Source: the human T2T-CHM13v2.0 reference genome, Homo sapiens. From it: DNA of 64,000 nucleotides. This document shows, one piece after another, positions 47,593-61,459 of this stretch. The position numbers and the translations under genes were made by a program. Where the stretch lies: NCBI RefSeq assembly GCF_009914755.1, contig NC_060941.1. One strand, 5' to 3'. The notes under the pieces are model-generated. The model made no database searches. It was not told the origin of the DNA and saw only the letters and a program-made list of their open reading frames with translations. The first letter of the stretch is position 1, and the number at the start of each line of letters is the position of its first letter.

Positions 47593-48834
47593 TTGTGGTG
47601 ATTTCTCAAACAGGGAACATACTTGCTGAGCATCTGTTGTGTGCCCATCATCAGAAGCACATCCTCTGTAAAGGGAGCAAGATGAATTAATTTATGAATA
47701 AAGCTCCTTCAGGCACTAGCATTCCATGATTTTATTCTGGAATGATGAGGTTGTGTTTTTCCTTCCCTGGGGAATGAAGAGTGGGAACATACCCTCTGGT
47801 GAAATGGGAACATGGGACCACTCCTATATCCATCTTTACTCTCCAGACCTGTCTTCAGGCTTCAAAGGCACCTGGCTAGGGCAGGAACACGGGTGATCCT
47901 AACGGAAGTACCAGGACACGGAGCTGGAGAGTTCCTCAGCCTTCTCAAGTGCAATTCTTGGGACCCTCCTATATCTAGCCATCCTGGAACTTTGTGATAG
48001 TGGCACACAGGTAACTATATCCAGGGACCTACACCTAGGCACTGAGACATGTGACTGGGGAAAAATGGCCTACACTTACGCCCTAATGTGTTAGTTCCGC
48101 AATTTCCTGCTGAGGTTAGCAGATGAACGTCCAGCAAGTCCACAGCAAATGAATACACTTGAGAAAGTCAGGGTGTGGAAGAGGTTCTTCCTCTCCAGGA
48201 AGATGCTGGTGCTTGGGGGTCCAGGAAGCCCTGCTGTGGAGCAGCCCAGAGACCTGGCAAAGCTTTCTCATTGTTTCAGCTGTGGCAGGCTTCTAGCCAA
48301 ACCCTGGCTCGGCCCCTCACCCCACTTCGAAGAGGGGATCTACGTCCTCCCCAGCTGCAGGAACACTCACTCCCTGGCAGGCCCTGGCTTCCTATACACT
48401 CAAGAGGCACAGCTAAGGCCTAGGAGTTGTGCCAGGAAACCAGCCACTGGGGTGGGTCATTTGATTGACACTAGCTCCAAGAGATTCTTCCCTTACAATC
48501 AGTAGGTCTGCCTCCCACCCCAGCCACACACACACACACTCACACCCTTCAGGGAATGAGAAACTGGTCCCAGGGCTGTATTCCCTCCACCTGGCAGCCC
48601 CTTGGCTACTCCTTCATAAGCGAGGCTTCACTGGTGACCCAGAGAGAGCCTGGGACAGGACTGCTAGCAGCAGTGGGAAGAGGAAGGCTGGGCATCACAG
48701 CAACCACCTTGCACTGGGAGTTTCTGCTAGACAGGAGGCAAAGCAGACATCTCAAATCCACCGTAGTCCAGAAACAACACAAAATGAGAACTCCTCCCCA
48801 GAAAAATAGAAAGTACTTATAAGATTTTATGTCC

Positions 48835-49359
48835 CAAAGATGATCCCAACAATAGCTCCCATCCCACCTCTCCTTTACATTACAGCCTTGCCACTTCTCC
48901 ATCAAGAGGTGGAATCTATTCCCATCCCCTTAAACTTGGGTGGGCTTGTGACTGCCACAATCAAAACAGATTATAGCGGAAGTGATGCTGTGTGGCTTCC
49001 AAGGCTAGGTCACTAAAGACCATGCAGCTACTGTCTTGTTTGCCAGAAGGTTTGAACTTGGAGCTCTGAGCCATCAAGTGAGAAATTAGATTATCCATCT
49101 GGACGTTGCCATGATGTAAGGAAGCCCAAACCACATGGAGAGGCCCCTTGTAGGCATTCTCATTTACAGTTTCAGTTACCAGCCGTTTGATCTTCCCAGC
49201 TGAGACCCCAGACATCACTGAACACAGGCAAGTCATCCCTATTGTGCCCAGCCCAAATTCCTGGCCCACAGAATCCACGGGCATAATAAAACCGTTGCAA
49301 TCTTACACTGCTGCATTTTGGGATAGGTAGGTAGTTACACAGCAATAGTATCTGGAACA
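48835..49359 (+). mobile_element. MLT1 (MaLR) LTR
   Basis: ccatcaagaggtggaatctatt...cccagcccaaattcctggcccacagaatc...aataaa...gttacacagcaatagtatctggaaca. Confidence 0.8.
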
Positions 49360-49363
49360 TACA

Positions 49364-49441
49364 CATCTGGTGTGACTGCCAGCCCCTTACCGAGACCAGG
49401 TCCATCTGGTGTGAGTGCCAGCCGCTTACCGAGATCAGGTC
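49364..49441. repeat. 39-bp tandem duplication
   Basis: catctggtgtga(c/g)tgccagcc(c/g)cttaccgaga(c/t)caggtc x2. Confidence 0.9.
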
Positions 49442-49500
49442 ACATGCCCAGAAGCCACTAGACCACGTGTTCAGAAAAGTCCAGATGGAAAAGCTAGAAA

Positions 49501-49672
49501 GAAAACTACTAGAAAGAAAATTACTGTGACGCCATCCACCAGGCACCTAAGAAAACTACTAGGAGATGGTGCCATCCACCAGGCACCTATGAAAACTACT
49601 AGGAGATGGCGCCGTCTGCCAGGCACCTAAGAAAACTACTATGAGACAGCACCATCCATAAGGCATCCAAGA
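49501..49672. repeat. 40-bp minisatellite (3 full units plus a degenerate first unit)
   Basis: gaaaactactaggagatggtgccatccaccaggcacctat at 49551, 49591 and 49631. Confidence 0.9.
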
Positions 49673-49904
49673 TAATCACAGCAATTCAGAGGCAGAAGGG
49701 CCCTCAGAGGCTGTCCAACCTAAGTGTGTTTACTCAAATAAAAATTCTTACCAAGTGAATATGAGCACAAGATGCTTTGCTGCGTGTTGTGGTAGCTGCA
49801 AAGATGACTAATACACTGCACTTCATTTCAAATGCTGAGCTGCTCACATGCCAGCATGTGCCCCGCCATGTTCTGAGGACTCGAATGACCACAGCAGCAC
49901 AGCA

Positions 49905-50222
49905 GCCCACTCCTGCCTCTCCTGCCTCAGGACCTTCGCGCCTGCCGTTCTCTCTGCCTGAGTGCTCTTCTTCTAGGTGTCTGCCTGGCTCACTCCTTCA
50001 CTTGTTTCCCTTCTTCTGTTCTCAAGGAGGACTCCTGACAAGCCCCATCTCGGCTGCCTCCTGCCTTACTTTTTCCCACATCTCCCTCACCCATGGACAT
50101 ACGATACATTTTGCTTTTGTACTGTTCTCATTATATTTCTGTAACTCCCAGCCCCATTAGAATGTGAGCTCCATGAGGGTCCAGCTGAGTGCCTGGCACA
50201 TAATTTGCTGAATGAATGAATT
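49905..50222. mobile_element. L2 3' end
   Basis: tagaatgtgagctccatgaggg...tgcctggcacataatttgctgaatgaatgaa. Confidence 0.75.
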
Positions 50223-50926
50223 GAAAGATGAAGAGGTTTGAAGGAAGATGAGAGAGAAGCGCATGGGATCACACACCCCGCCTGACTGAGATACAGATGC
50301 GGCTTTTCTCGTGTGCATCAAAAAATGAACCTAGAGCCAAGGTTTAGGACTGGCAGAATCTTTGCCTGGATAGCAGCTTGGTAGCTGATTAGGTTGGAGC
50401 CGGGCTCTTAAATGAATCCCTGCTCCTCGGTCATCTCATCTGTTGGAAGGTCAAGTTAGTGATGAGGAAGATTACTGTCCTATCTTCTGCCTTTAATTCT
50501 CACCAAGAACAATGAAAGCTTTGTGAAATAGCAGTGAGAGGAAAATGGGGAGAAAAGGACCCATGACTGGGGTTTGTAGTAATCACGGAAGAAAATGCTA
50601 GACATAGTCAGACGCGAGTCATAGACTTTATGAAAGCAGCTATCCAAGGGGCTGGGAATTGTTTCCGTGCGTATCTAGTCTATTAAAACAACAACAACAA
50701 GAGGCTGGAAGTCAGAGAGGGTGGCTTAACAGGGAAAGAAAATGGAAAATTAAGCTCTGAAGGCAAGTCAGAGAGTGTCACAAGGGAGAAAAGAGGCGGA
50801 AATGTGAAGGAGCCAGTGTGACTTCCTGGGGCATACGTCAAGATGGAATCAAGGTCCCCAAGTTAAGGTGATACGAAAGAGAGAGAATGAGCGTATCATG
50901 AAAGCAAGCCTTAAGAAAAATGCAGC

Positions 50927-51314
<388 letters not shown>

Positions 51315-52599
51315 TCAGGCCAGTAACTGAAGACAGTGGCCGACGCATGAGAGAAAGCCGAAATGCGCTCCTATGTTGCCTCCATCTTTTCCTCCACTTA
51401 TAAGTAGGAGCTAAAGCTTTACCATGATAAGCTTTACCATTGTAAGGAGAATGGTTAACCCACTGGAAAGCATGAATCACAGATGTTTTATTTAGTCAGC
51501 AGAAAATATGTATTGAGGGTCTACTATTTGAGGGACTTCACTAGGCACTGGGGGTCCAGAAATCTCACAGAGCTCGTGGCCAGGAGGAGGATTGAGAGGT
51601 CACTACACAATGTGAAGGAGCAACAGAAAAATATGAAAAAGACAACCCAGTAGAAAACTGGACAAAAGGCTTGAATAGACGCTTCACAGAAGAGGGTGTC
51701 CAAATGGCCACTAAACATGTGGAGAGGTGCTCCGCTTCATTAGTCAGAAGGGAAGTGCACATTCCCACCACAAGGCAATACCACTACACACCCAGCAGAA
51801 GGGCCAAAATGAAAAAGGTAAAAAAAAGCACTGTTGTGAGGATGTGAAGCCACGCAAACCCTCACGGCTGCTGCGGGGAATGTACGCTGGTACGACAACA
51901 TACCCAGTGGAAGATGCTCTATCAGACCCTAAAGCTCAACTTCAGCATGCTCCAGGCCCCAGGTATATGCCTCCTAGCTACATGCCCAGTGGACATGCAA
52001 CAGGAAGTTCAGAGAAGCACCATCCAAAATAACTCTCAAACTAGAAACTACCCAGTGGGTTAGGTGTCCCAGTGGAGGCTAATATGGGACAGGTGCCATA
52101 GGAACTTGGAGGAGGGAGAATGTCTATTAGCAAAGCTTCTCCAAAAAGGTGACTCCCGAGATAACATTTCAGGAAGGAGGAGCTGCCCTGGGTGAGATTC
52201 AGGCATGAATCTCATGGTAGGAAAATAAACTGAGGCAAGAGGCGGGAGACAGCATGGTTCCTTTAGGGAAATGCTGGCAGTTCAGCCCTACTGAAGGGTA
52301 GGCATGACATGGGGCACGCTGGGAGATGATGCTGCATGGGCTGGCATGGTAGACTGTGAACAGCCTTATCTGCCAAGCTAAGTGCTTAAGGGTTTACTCA
52401 AGCGCCATGTGGAGCCACTGCTAAATTTCGAGCTGGTGAATGACACATCAGCTTTTGGATTTGGAAGGTTGTACCAGCCACAGGGTGAAAGGTAGATTGC
52501 GGGGAAAGGGTCCGATATTGAAACATCTGATGCCAAATAGGGAGGCTTGCTGCTGAAAATGAGTTTAGGATTGCAGAAGAGAATAAAGGCATCTCAGAG

Positions 52600-53440
52600 T
52601 CATAAAGAAACTTGAGGTTGTGAAAGGGAGCTGCTACCGATTATCTTTGAAGAATCAGAGAAAATGAAAGATGTATAAGAGACAGAGACAGAGAAAGACA
52701 GAGACAGATTAGAAAATGTCGTCATCGTGAGGAACAGAAAAAGAAAGGGAGAATTCTGTAATGGCCTTTGCAGCAACCTGAATAGGATTGGACACTATTA
52801 TTCTAAGTGAAGTAACTCAGGAATGGAAAACCGAACATCATATGTTCTGACTCATAAGTGGGAGCTAAGCTATACGGATGCAAAGGCATAAGAATGATAC
52901 AATGGATTTTGGGGACTTAGCAGGGGAAAGGTGGGAAGTGGGTGAGGGATAAAAGGCTACACATTAGGTACAACGTACACTGCACCAAAATCTCACAAGT
53001 CACCTCTAAAGAACTTACTCACGTAACCAAATACTACCTGTTCCCCAAAAATCTATGAAAATAAAAATTTAAAAACAATTTTTTTAAGTGGAATTTTTTA
53101 AAGTACATGTCTGAGTCCACCAGTCCCCTGGCAACATTCTCTATACATTATTAAAAGACAGTTTGTGAATGCTAAGGGAAAGATCCAGGAACCACCAGCA
53201 GCCAATAGGGATCAATGGATTCACTGACTAAAGAGGTAATAGAAGAACAGCCACAATAGCAGCATATCTGAATTTGAGCAAGTCTTGCTATATAGTTTCA
53301 TGATGATGTAAAAAATACGAATGATAACACAGATAGATGGATTCATTACTGGCTTCATAACCTCACCCAAAGGGTGTTGAGTAGCTTCATCTGTAGGGAC
53401 ATTGCTCCTAAAATGCCAGAGAACCCTGCCTTTGGTCCTT
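52600..53440 (+). mobile_element. Ancient CR1/L3 LINE reverse-transcriptase remnant, split by an L1 3' end
   Basis: Decayed DNA follows the CR1 ORF2 motif order IIFE(attatctttgaa)...SLTS.PG.IL..IIK(ctgagtccaccagtcccctggcaacattc...attattaaa)...YL.FSK(tatctgaatttgagcaag)...RWI..WL...TQRV(agatggattcattactggctt...acccaaagggtg)...LGP. Confidence 0.55.
52757..53085 (+). mobile_element. L1MA/PB 3' end
   Basis: tttgcagcaacctg...attctaagtgaagtaactcaggaatggaaaacc...cctgttccccaaaaatctatgaaaataaaaa. Confidence 0.88.
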
Positions 53441-53444
53441 TATA

Positions 53445-54840
53445 GCATGATTGTGGTAAAATATATGCAATATAAAATTTACGATTGTAAGTATTTTTTT
53501 AATTCCAACTTTTATGTTAGATACAGGTGCAGGTTTGTTATATGGGTATATTGCATCCAGGTAGTGAGCACAGTACTCAATAGGAGGTTTTTCAATCCTC
53601 ACCCTTCCCTCTCTCCCCACTGAGAGTCCACAATGTCTATTGCTCCCATGTTTATGTCTACTTGTGCTCAGTGTTTAGCTCCTACTTGTAAGAGAGAACA
53701 TATGGTATTTGGTTTTCCATTCCTACATTAATTTGCTTAGGATTATGGCCTCCAGCTCCATCCATGTTGCTGCAAAGGACATGACTTCATTCTTTTTTAT
53801 GGCTGCATAGTATTTCATGGTTTATATGTAGAACATTTTCTTTATCCAATCTACCATCAATGGGCACCTAGGTTGATTCCATGTCTTTGCTATTGTGAAT
53901 AGTGGGGTGATGAACACATGTGAGTACATGTGTCTTGTTGGTATAATGAGCTATTTTCCTTTGGGAATATACCCAGTAATGAGATCACTGGGTCAAATGG
54001 TAGCTCTGTTTTAAGTTCTTTGAGAAATCTCCAAACTGCTTTCTATAGTGGTTGAACTAATTTACGCTCCCACCAACAATGTGTAAGTGTTCCCTTCTCT
54101 CCACAGCCTCGCCAGCATCTGTTGTTTTTTGGCTTTTCAATAGTGGCCATTCTGACTGGTGCGAGATGGTATCTTGTTAAGGTTTTGATTTGCATTTCCC
54201 TCATAATCAGTGATAATGAGCATTATCTTTGATATGTGTGTTGACCATTTGTACGTCTTCTTTTGAGAAGTGTCTGTTCATGTCCTTTGCCTGTTTTTAA
54301 ATGGGGTTATTTGGTTTTGGCTTGTTGATTTGTTTAAGTTCCTTATAGACTCTGGATATTAGACCTTTGACAGATGCATAGTCTGCAAATATTTTCTCCC
54401 ATTCTGTAGGTTGTGTGTGTACAGTTTTGTGCGTACAGTTCTAAGTATACAGTTCAGTGACATTAAGTACATTCACAATGTTGTGCAACCATCCCCACCA
54501 TCCATTCACAGAACTTTTTCGTCTTCCTAAACTGAAACTCCATACCCAATAAACACTAACTCCCCGCCACTTCTCCCCCCAGCCTCTGGTAACCTCTAAT
54601 CTACTTTCTGTTTCTATGAGTTTACTCTAGCTACCTCATTTGGGTGGAATCACACAGTATTTATCCTTTTGTGTCTGGCTTACTTCACTTAGCATAATGT
54701 CTTCAAGGTTCATGCATATCGTAGCATGTGTTTGAACCTCATTCCTTTTTAAGGATCAATAATATTCAATTGAATGTATATACACATTTTGTTTATCCAT
54801 TTATCCATTAATGGACATTTGGGTTAGTTTGACCTTTTGG
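53445..54840 (-). mobile_element. L1MB 3' end with a nested L1PB/PA 3' segment (~53490-54415)
   Basis: gattatggcctccagctccatccatgttgctgcaaagg...atattttctcccattctgtagg, then agtacattcacaatgttgtgcaacc. Confidence 0.88.
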
Positions 54841-54979
54841 TGTAGCATGCTGTTTTTTATTAATAGTTTTCAGCAGGGCTTAGGAGGCAAGCTTACTCCA
54901 CAACAGAAGGGATAAAGAACATCTATGTAACAGTGAAGATTCACAAAGTTCAAATGTGGATGAGACTCAAAATTGTTCT

Positions 54980-55435
54980 TCCATATCTATTCTCCTTCCT
55001 TCTATGGGGATATAACTTTTAGGAATTTTAGATCACGTTTCCCAGACTCTTGTAACTAAGTATGACCATATGACTACATTCTGGCTACTGGAATATGAAT
55101 AGACATTGATAAGTGCAATTTCCAAGTCATGCTTTTAGAAGGAAGAGGCATGCACTTCCCTTCCCCCTTTCCCCTTCTTGCTAGCTGGAAGGCAGATGCG
55201 ATGGCAATTGCTAGAGCAGCCATTATGGACCATGAGATGAGAGCTACATGTTGAAGAAGGCAGAGCAATGACACAAAAGGAACCTTGGTTCCCAACCTAT
55301 AAAGCTGTCATGTGAAGTCTGGATCACTTATGCCCAGCTTGCTACCTGAGACAGAAATAAACCTCTATCTTGTTTAAGCCACTATTATTTTGGGTCTCTC
55401 CAATCCAACAGAGAAACCAGTAGACCAACTAATAT
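54980..55435 (+). mobile_element. Old MLT1 (MaLR) LTR
   Basis: gatggcaattgctagagcagccatt...gagacagaaataaacctctatcttgtttaagccact. Confidence 0.7.
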
Positions 55436-57217
55436 TTCAGTGAATGCTGAGTTACCTAATAAGAGAAATGATGTTTTTGTTTTTCTGTTACTATGCCATT
55501 TAGTTACAGCTGGTGGATTTCCCCTGAATTTGTAGAATATGGTTTATGGTCTGACTTAAAGACCACACGGTATACCCAAAATTTCCTTGATAGAGACACC
55601 TCATAAAAGGTGAAGTCATCCTACAGACATGACTTCTGGAGCACAGGTTTTCTACATGGAGTCCCCACCTCTGTGTGTCCTACTCTAGGGAGAGCAGCAG
55701 GGATTGAGCTATTTAAAGGCCAGACACTCATTGGAGCAAACTGGGCTGGCCAGTTAGTATTGAAGCGACTTAAGTCGAGAGAGTAATATTTTTATAAATG
55801 AATTAGGGGTAATCTCTTACTGGTCAATAAAGTACCATGAGAATAAATTATGGGCATTATTACAAAATTTTTTCTCCTTAAACAAGGTCAGATATTTTAG
55901 TGAAAAATAACATTTTCACCTCCATCTACTGAGCAGATCTTCGGAGTAACACAGCCAACGAGAAGTAAGCCTGCAGCTTTGAAAATGCAGGAAAGGTAGG
56001 GGGAGGAGGGGAGATGGGACCCTCTGAGGCCACTGAGCTCTGGACCCAAGTTGCAACTGTGGCCGTTATCATATGATTACCATGGCTGCAACCCAATCCC
56101 TTCAACAGCCCCTGGACAGGAGCCTTGATGGGAACCTGGCAGAGTTGAGCCATGGTCCAAGAAGGAGCATTCTTGACCAGCTACATCTATCTCAGAGGAG
56201 AGTGCTGGACTGTAATAGCACAGTGCCTTGGACCACAGTTGGGAGAATGAGGGAATGGGAAGTTGGACGCCTCCTTCTTTATTCATTGCACCCATTACAT
56301 GGTCCAGCATTGAGGGCTTGCTTCCATCAACTTCCACAAGTCCCCACCATCTATCTGCTAGGCAACTCAAGTACCCTCTAGAACAGCCTTCTGAACCAAC
56401 TCCCAAATGTCTCACATGCCTTGGACCTGAGCTATTTAGCCTCACTAGTTCAGAAATGTGTTTTCTTGATGCTTACATAAGGCTAGTCCTTGTTCAACTC
56501 CACCCATCATCTCCCTCCTCAACCCCACCCTTTAGGCCAAGCTCTGCCTCTCTCAAGTGGGAGGTTTTTATTAGCAAGTTCTTTAAAGGGCCACACCCTT
56601 ATTTTTCTCTTGTTTTGCACAGTAAAGCAAATCCCCTCACACCAACAGCTATCATAGCACCGTGACCCACAGGCTAATGTGTTGAACTCACAGGAGCCTT
56701 TGCACCTTGGCCCTACCACTGGCCAGCTCACATTTGGCATCAAATGGGTTCAGAGGATGGATTCACCACTAAAAACAACCTCAGGTCTTCAGAAGTCAGG
56801 TGGTAAGAGTGAGCCCCATCTTTTGATCACCCACTCTTGGGTTACCCACCCACTGAAGAGGGGAAGTGGACTATATTCCTGTCCCCAGGGCCAAGAAAGC
56901 CCAACCCACCTTCCAAGACCTTTCCAGATACTTTTACTGAGGCCCAAGAGACAACAAGGGCTCTGGACACAAGCTCGTGTTTCTGTGAGAGCCATGGCAA
57001 TGGTTCCAGGTTGGCAGGTGTGTGTCCTAGGGCTGCCACAGTCCTTGGAGGAGGCAGAGGGTCCAGTATCAGCCTCCTCAGCCCATTTCTCAGATATGCA
57101 CGGAGAGAGTGTCACTCTCCATCATGCATGAGCTCTGAATTGGAATGGGGGAGTTATCGCTCCTGGGGAGTAATTTCCACCGCTCTCCCCTTCCCCCAGA
57201 AAGCGCTCTTTCCTCTG

Positions 57218-57262
57218 CAAAAAAAAAAAGAAAAAAAGAAAAAAAGAAAAAAGAAAAAGAAA
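57218..57262 (+). repeat. Orphan A-rich tract (A)12(GAn)n
   Basis: No Alu or L1 body is visible immediately upstream. Confidence 0.85.
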
Positions 57263-57816
57263 TAACTTTGTCCTTGCTTACTCTGACCCAAGCTCCCCCG
57301 GCTTGGGAGTGAGAAAAGGAAGTTTTTTGTTCTAGAGATTTCCACATTAGACTCAGAGGGAGGGCTACTTTTGTGAAAAATGCTTTGTATTTTTGCAAGG
57401 TGCAAAGGACCATATGCAAATTAATCAGTTAGTAATACTTTAATTTGCTCCCAATTTTTAAACCTGAATTTTACATCTCCCTTGTCCTCCAGGGTCAAGT
57501 AGGCCAGGCACCCCCTGGTGATGTTCGAAGAATCTCCAGAAATCCCTCAACAGTTTCTTCGCCTTACTCCCTCTGAAAACACAGCTCCTGATTGCCCTGA
57601 TTGCCCCACAGCCTGGCACGGGCGGGACAGGAAGCCCCTCTGCCTTGTAAACACCGTGTTGCAAACAGACACTTCCCCAGGCTCTTATGCAGAAGCTGTC
57701 ACCAGACTGGGAGTGGCTTGTTGGGGGAAGGTTCCCCAGGGCTTCCCCTGCTCTCAGACTTAGCTAACTGCTCATCTTAAATCTGACTAAATGGGAGGGT
57801 GGTAAGAAGATTCCCT

Positions 57817-58118
57817 GCCGGGTGCGGTGGCTCATGCCTTTAATCCCAGCACTTCGGGAGGCCGAGGCGGGTAGATCACCTGAGGTCAGGAGTTCAAGAC
57901 CAGCCTGGCCAACATGGTGAAACTCCTATGTCTACTAAAAGTACAAAAATTAGCCTGGTGTAGTGGCGGGCACCTGTAACTCCAGCTATTCAGGAGACTG
58001 AGGCAAGAGAATTGCTTGAACCCAGGAAGCGGAGGTTGCAGTGAACTAAGATTGTGCCACTGCACTCCAGTCTGGGCAACAGGAGCAAAACTCCGTCTCA
58101 AAAAAAAAAAAAAAAAAA
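57817..58118 (+). mobile_element. AluS (Sq-like)
   Basis: Full Alu; TSD aagattccc. Confidence 0.95.
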
Positions 58119-58419
58119 GATTCCCAAGCAGAGGGTTCTCAGCACCTGGAGTTTGCATCTGGAGTTTGCCAGAGGCTCAGGGGTCTGAAGCAGCCCAGAG
58201 GAGGACACCTGCCTTGTCCCACAGTGGATCACAAAGCCACTGGTGTCTGAAGCCCTTGCAGTTGTGCACAGAAGACCAGTGATATGTCTGGAGGGTCCTT
58301 GAGGGGAGGATGACCGAACCCCACAGAGGTCTCAGATGGGGAGCAGCCCAGCCTGCCCGATCATCAGTCATCCAAGGCTGAGGCCCGGGCCTCTTCCATG
58401 CTGGCTGCTCGACCAGGCA

Positions 58420-59055
58420 ATCACTCATTCAGCAAGCACTGATTGAATGACAAGTGCTGGCCCCTGCAAGGCACTGGAGAGTCAGCACTGAACAAAATGA
58501 TTGGAAAGCTTCCCTCATTGGGAAGGGGATGAGTGAGGCAAGAACACACGTTAGGTCTTGGGAAAACTGAGTCAGGCAGTCTGGCTGGAGGAGAGCGTGA
58601 TGATTCGTGGAGAAAGGAGTGGGACTCAACTTCGAAACCTGAACAGAAGACTAAGGACTCTGGACTCTCCCTAAGCAGTGAGGTGCCATCAAAGTATCTG
58701 AACACAGTGACATAGAAGTTTTCATAAGAAGAATCTCCTGGTGAAGAGAGGAAGAGCCTGTGGTCCAAAAGGCCCACCAGAGGCATATGGTAAATAAAGC
58801 CAAATTGGGTAGGAGAGAGAACAATGGGGAAGTGAGAGAAACAAGAGCCATGGAGAAAGGAAGCACCATCAAAACGGGCTGGGGAGTGGGGAACAAGGAA
58901 GATGGAGGGAGGACTCGGAGATGAGTCCAAGGTTTCAAGGCTGGGAGTCTGGTTTCAGCAGAGACAGAAATGGGGAAGTCTGCACAGGAAGCCTGCTTTG
59001 TGGATGCAGAGTTGGGCTCTGGATATTGCTCAAGTTGAAATAGGGCATCAAGTGA
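58420..59055. mobile_element. L2 fragments
   Basis: tcactcattcagcaagcactgattgaatg...gatgagtccaaggtttcaaggctggga...tggatattgctcaagttgaaat. Confidence 0.65.
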
Positions 59056-59069
59056 AAATAACCCGCATG

Positions 59070-59344
59070 TACTTGGAGGCCGAAGCAGGTAGATCACTTG
59101 AGCCCAGGAGTTTGAGAACAGCCTGGGCAACATAGTGAGACCCTGTCTCTACAAAAAACACACACAAAAAATTAGCTGGGCGTGGTGGCATACACCTGTA
59201 GTCCCAGCTACTCAGGAGACTGAGGCAGGAGGATCATCTGAGCCTGGGGAGGTTGACACTACAGTGATCTGTGATCGTGCCACTGTACTCCAGTCTGGGT
59301 GACAGAGTGAGACCCTTTCTCAAAAATAAAAAATAAAACAAAAA
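59070..59344 (+). mobile_element. AluJ, 5'-truncated
   Basis: gatcacttgagcccaggagtttgag...ggcaggaggatca. Confidence 0.92.
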
Positions 59345-60399
59345 TTTGTCGGGCATCAGACTTTATGGAGACTTCAAAAAAAAAAAAGATGCAGGTTGGG
59401 AAGAGACTATTGGAACTTGCCATTCCAGAGCCACCAGTGACCTGAAAGGAAGCCTTCCAGCAGAAGCATGGGCTAGAGGGTGGGTTTCTGCCATTGAGGT
59501 CTGAAGAGGGACTCATAGTCACTGGGAGTCCTGTCATAAGGTGGCACCATGAGGGAAGGAGCAGGTCCCCTCTCTGCTCAGCCCATCAGAGCAGCTCCCA
59601 CAAGAAAACTCTTGGAGAGCAGGCTTTGAAAACTCCCAGGTGGTCAGAATCATAGAGTCCAGTTGGTCCAGGAGGAAACAGACTCAGCAAGATGAGGAAG
59701 TAATTAGGGGCCAGGACTAGAGATTACATCTCCTATTCCCATCCTGTAGCCCGTACATCACATCACAGCCCCCTGTGTTCTCTTAAGCACAATAACAGGC
59801 CAAGGAGAGCGCAGAGCTTTTCGTTTTCTCAAAATGAAACTCTCAACATGGTACAGAAGTGAATGCACAGTGCAAAGACCTATGAAACATTGACGTGAAA
59901 ACCCCAAGAACAAGAGGACATCAATTCCCAGCTCAACCTGGAGGTGAGATAGGTTGGCCCCAAGATCTTATCTGGGACACTCACGGAGGAAGGCAATTTT
60001 GAAATGGTGTTCAATTAGTTTATTTTACCAAGTATCAGAAGGAGCCAAGAACAAGAGACCTCAAGAAAAGCCCATGCTCCCAGCAGAGGATGTGGGCGAG
60101 GATCCCAGTATCCATGAATGGCTATGGTTTTCTCACAGCCAAGGTGCTTCTGCTGCGGAGAACGGGCTGTGAAGCAGGGCTGTGGGGTTTCTGAGCAAAC
60201 TGCCCAGCTTTGGGACCTGTTTATTCAAGGTCACTGAACTACTCAAACTCAAATCATGTTCTCAGAACAACCAGCGTTTACACAACCAGTCAGACATGGC
60301 CACCATGATTTAGAGAACTACAGGCTCTTTAAAAATGAGCTATATTGGTCTCCTTTCTCACGGCTATCATTTCCATAATATATAACATGTATTTTCCCT

Positions 60400-60800
60400 G
60401 CATACTTCCCCAACGGGAAACTAGCCACCACGAAGCCTCCCATTCCACTGTTGACCTGCTCTGAATTTCTCTGAGATCTTCCTTCTAGTGAGCTGGAGTC
60501 TATTTTCTTACAATTTTCCTTCTGTCATCCCTTTTCCATTCCAGAGAATGACACCCAGTTGAGAAGTCTTCACCTTTTTCAAAGGACACTGCTCGTCAAA
60601 CATCTGAAGACAGATACTACTTCTCCTCTGTCTTCTCTTCTTGGAGAAAAACCTCGCTACTTCTTAATTACTTCATATTCTGTCATCGCTATCCTGGTCA
60701 CCTATCTCTGGATATGAAGTGGTTGCTCAGCATCCTCCAAATGCAGCACCTGGAATTCACTCAAGGTGGATATGCCCAGTTCAGTGTGGAAATAGGCATG
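60400..60800 (-). mobile_element. CR1/L3 3' remnant
   Basis: cctctgtcttctcttc...atcctggtcacctatctctggata...tgcagcacctggaattcactcaaggtgg resembles antisense CR1 3' sequence. Confidence 0.45.
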
Positions 60801-61170
60801 CTTGTTAGCTGAAGGGCATATAAAGTAAGGACCCATGGGACCTAGTGGCTGAACATTGGAAGCCAAGAATCAAAGATGGCTCTCGGGCATGAGCCTGGGA
60901 GCTCTGAGGTTTACAGATTTGTACCTGGGAGGACTGAGGAAGAGAGAAGAGAAGGAAGCTTGGGGAGTGGGAAGCCAAGAATCCCACAGTGGAAGACCTC
61001 AAGACTGGAGCCGTTCTCCCAGCTTCCAAGGAGCAGCTCATTCCCCGCTCTATAAGCTGTCACAGGGCGTGGGAGAAGGTAACGTGCTTCCAAAATCATT
61101 TGCAAAGTCAGTATATCAAAAACTGACAACGGCAGCACAGAAAAGGAAAATAGAGGTCAAATTCATTTCA

Positions 61171-61459
<289 letters not shown>

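Noticed and set aside
49501-49672. Regularly spaced repeats superficially like a CRISPR array
   Set aside because: Head-to-tail units without unique spacers, no cas genes, primate DNA: a minisatellite.
52193-52214. 9-bp hairpin tgagattca-ggca-tgaatctca
   Set aside because: Short enough to arise by chance in 64 kb; no supporting context.
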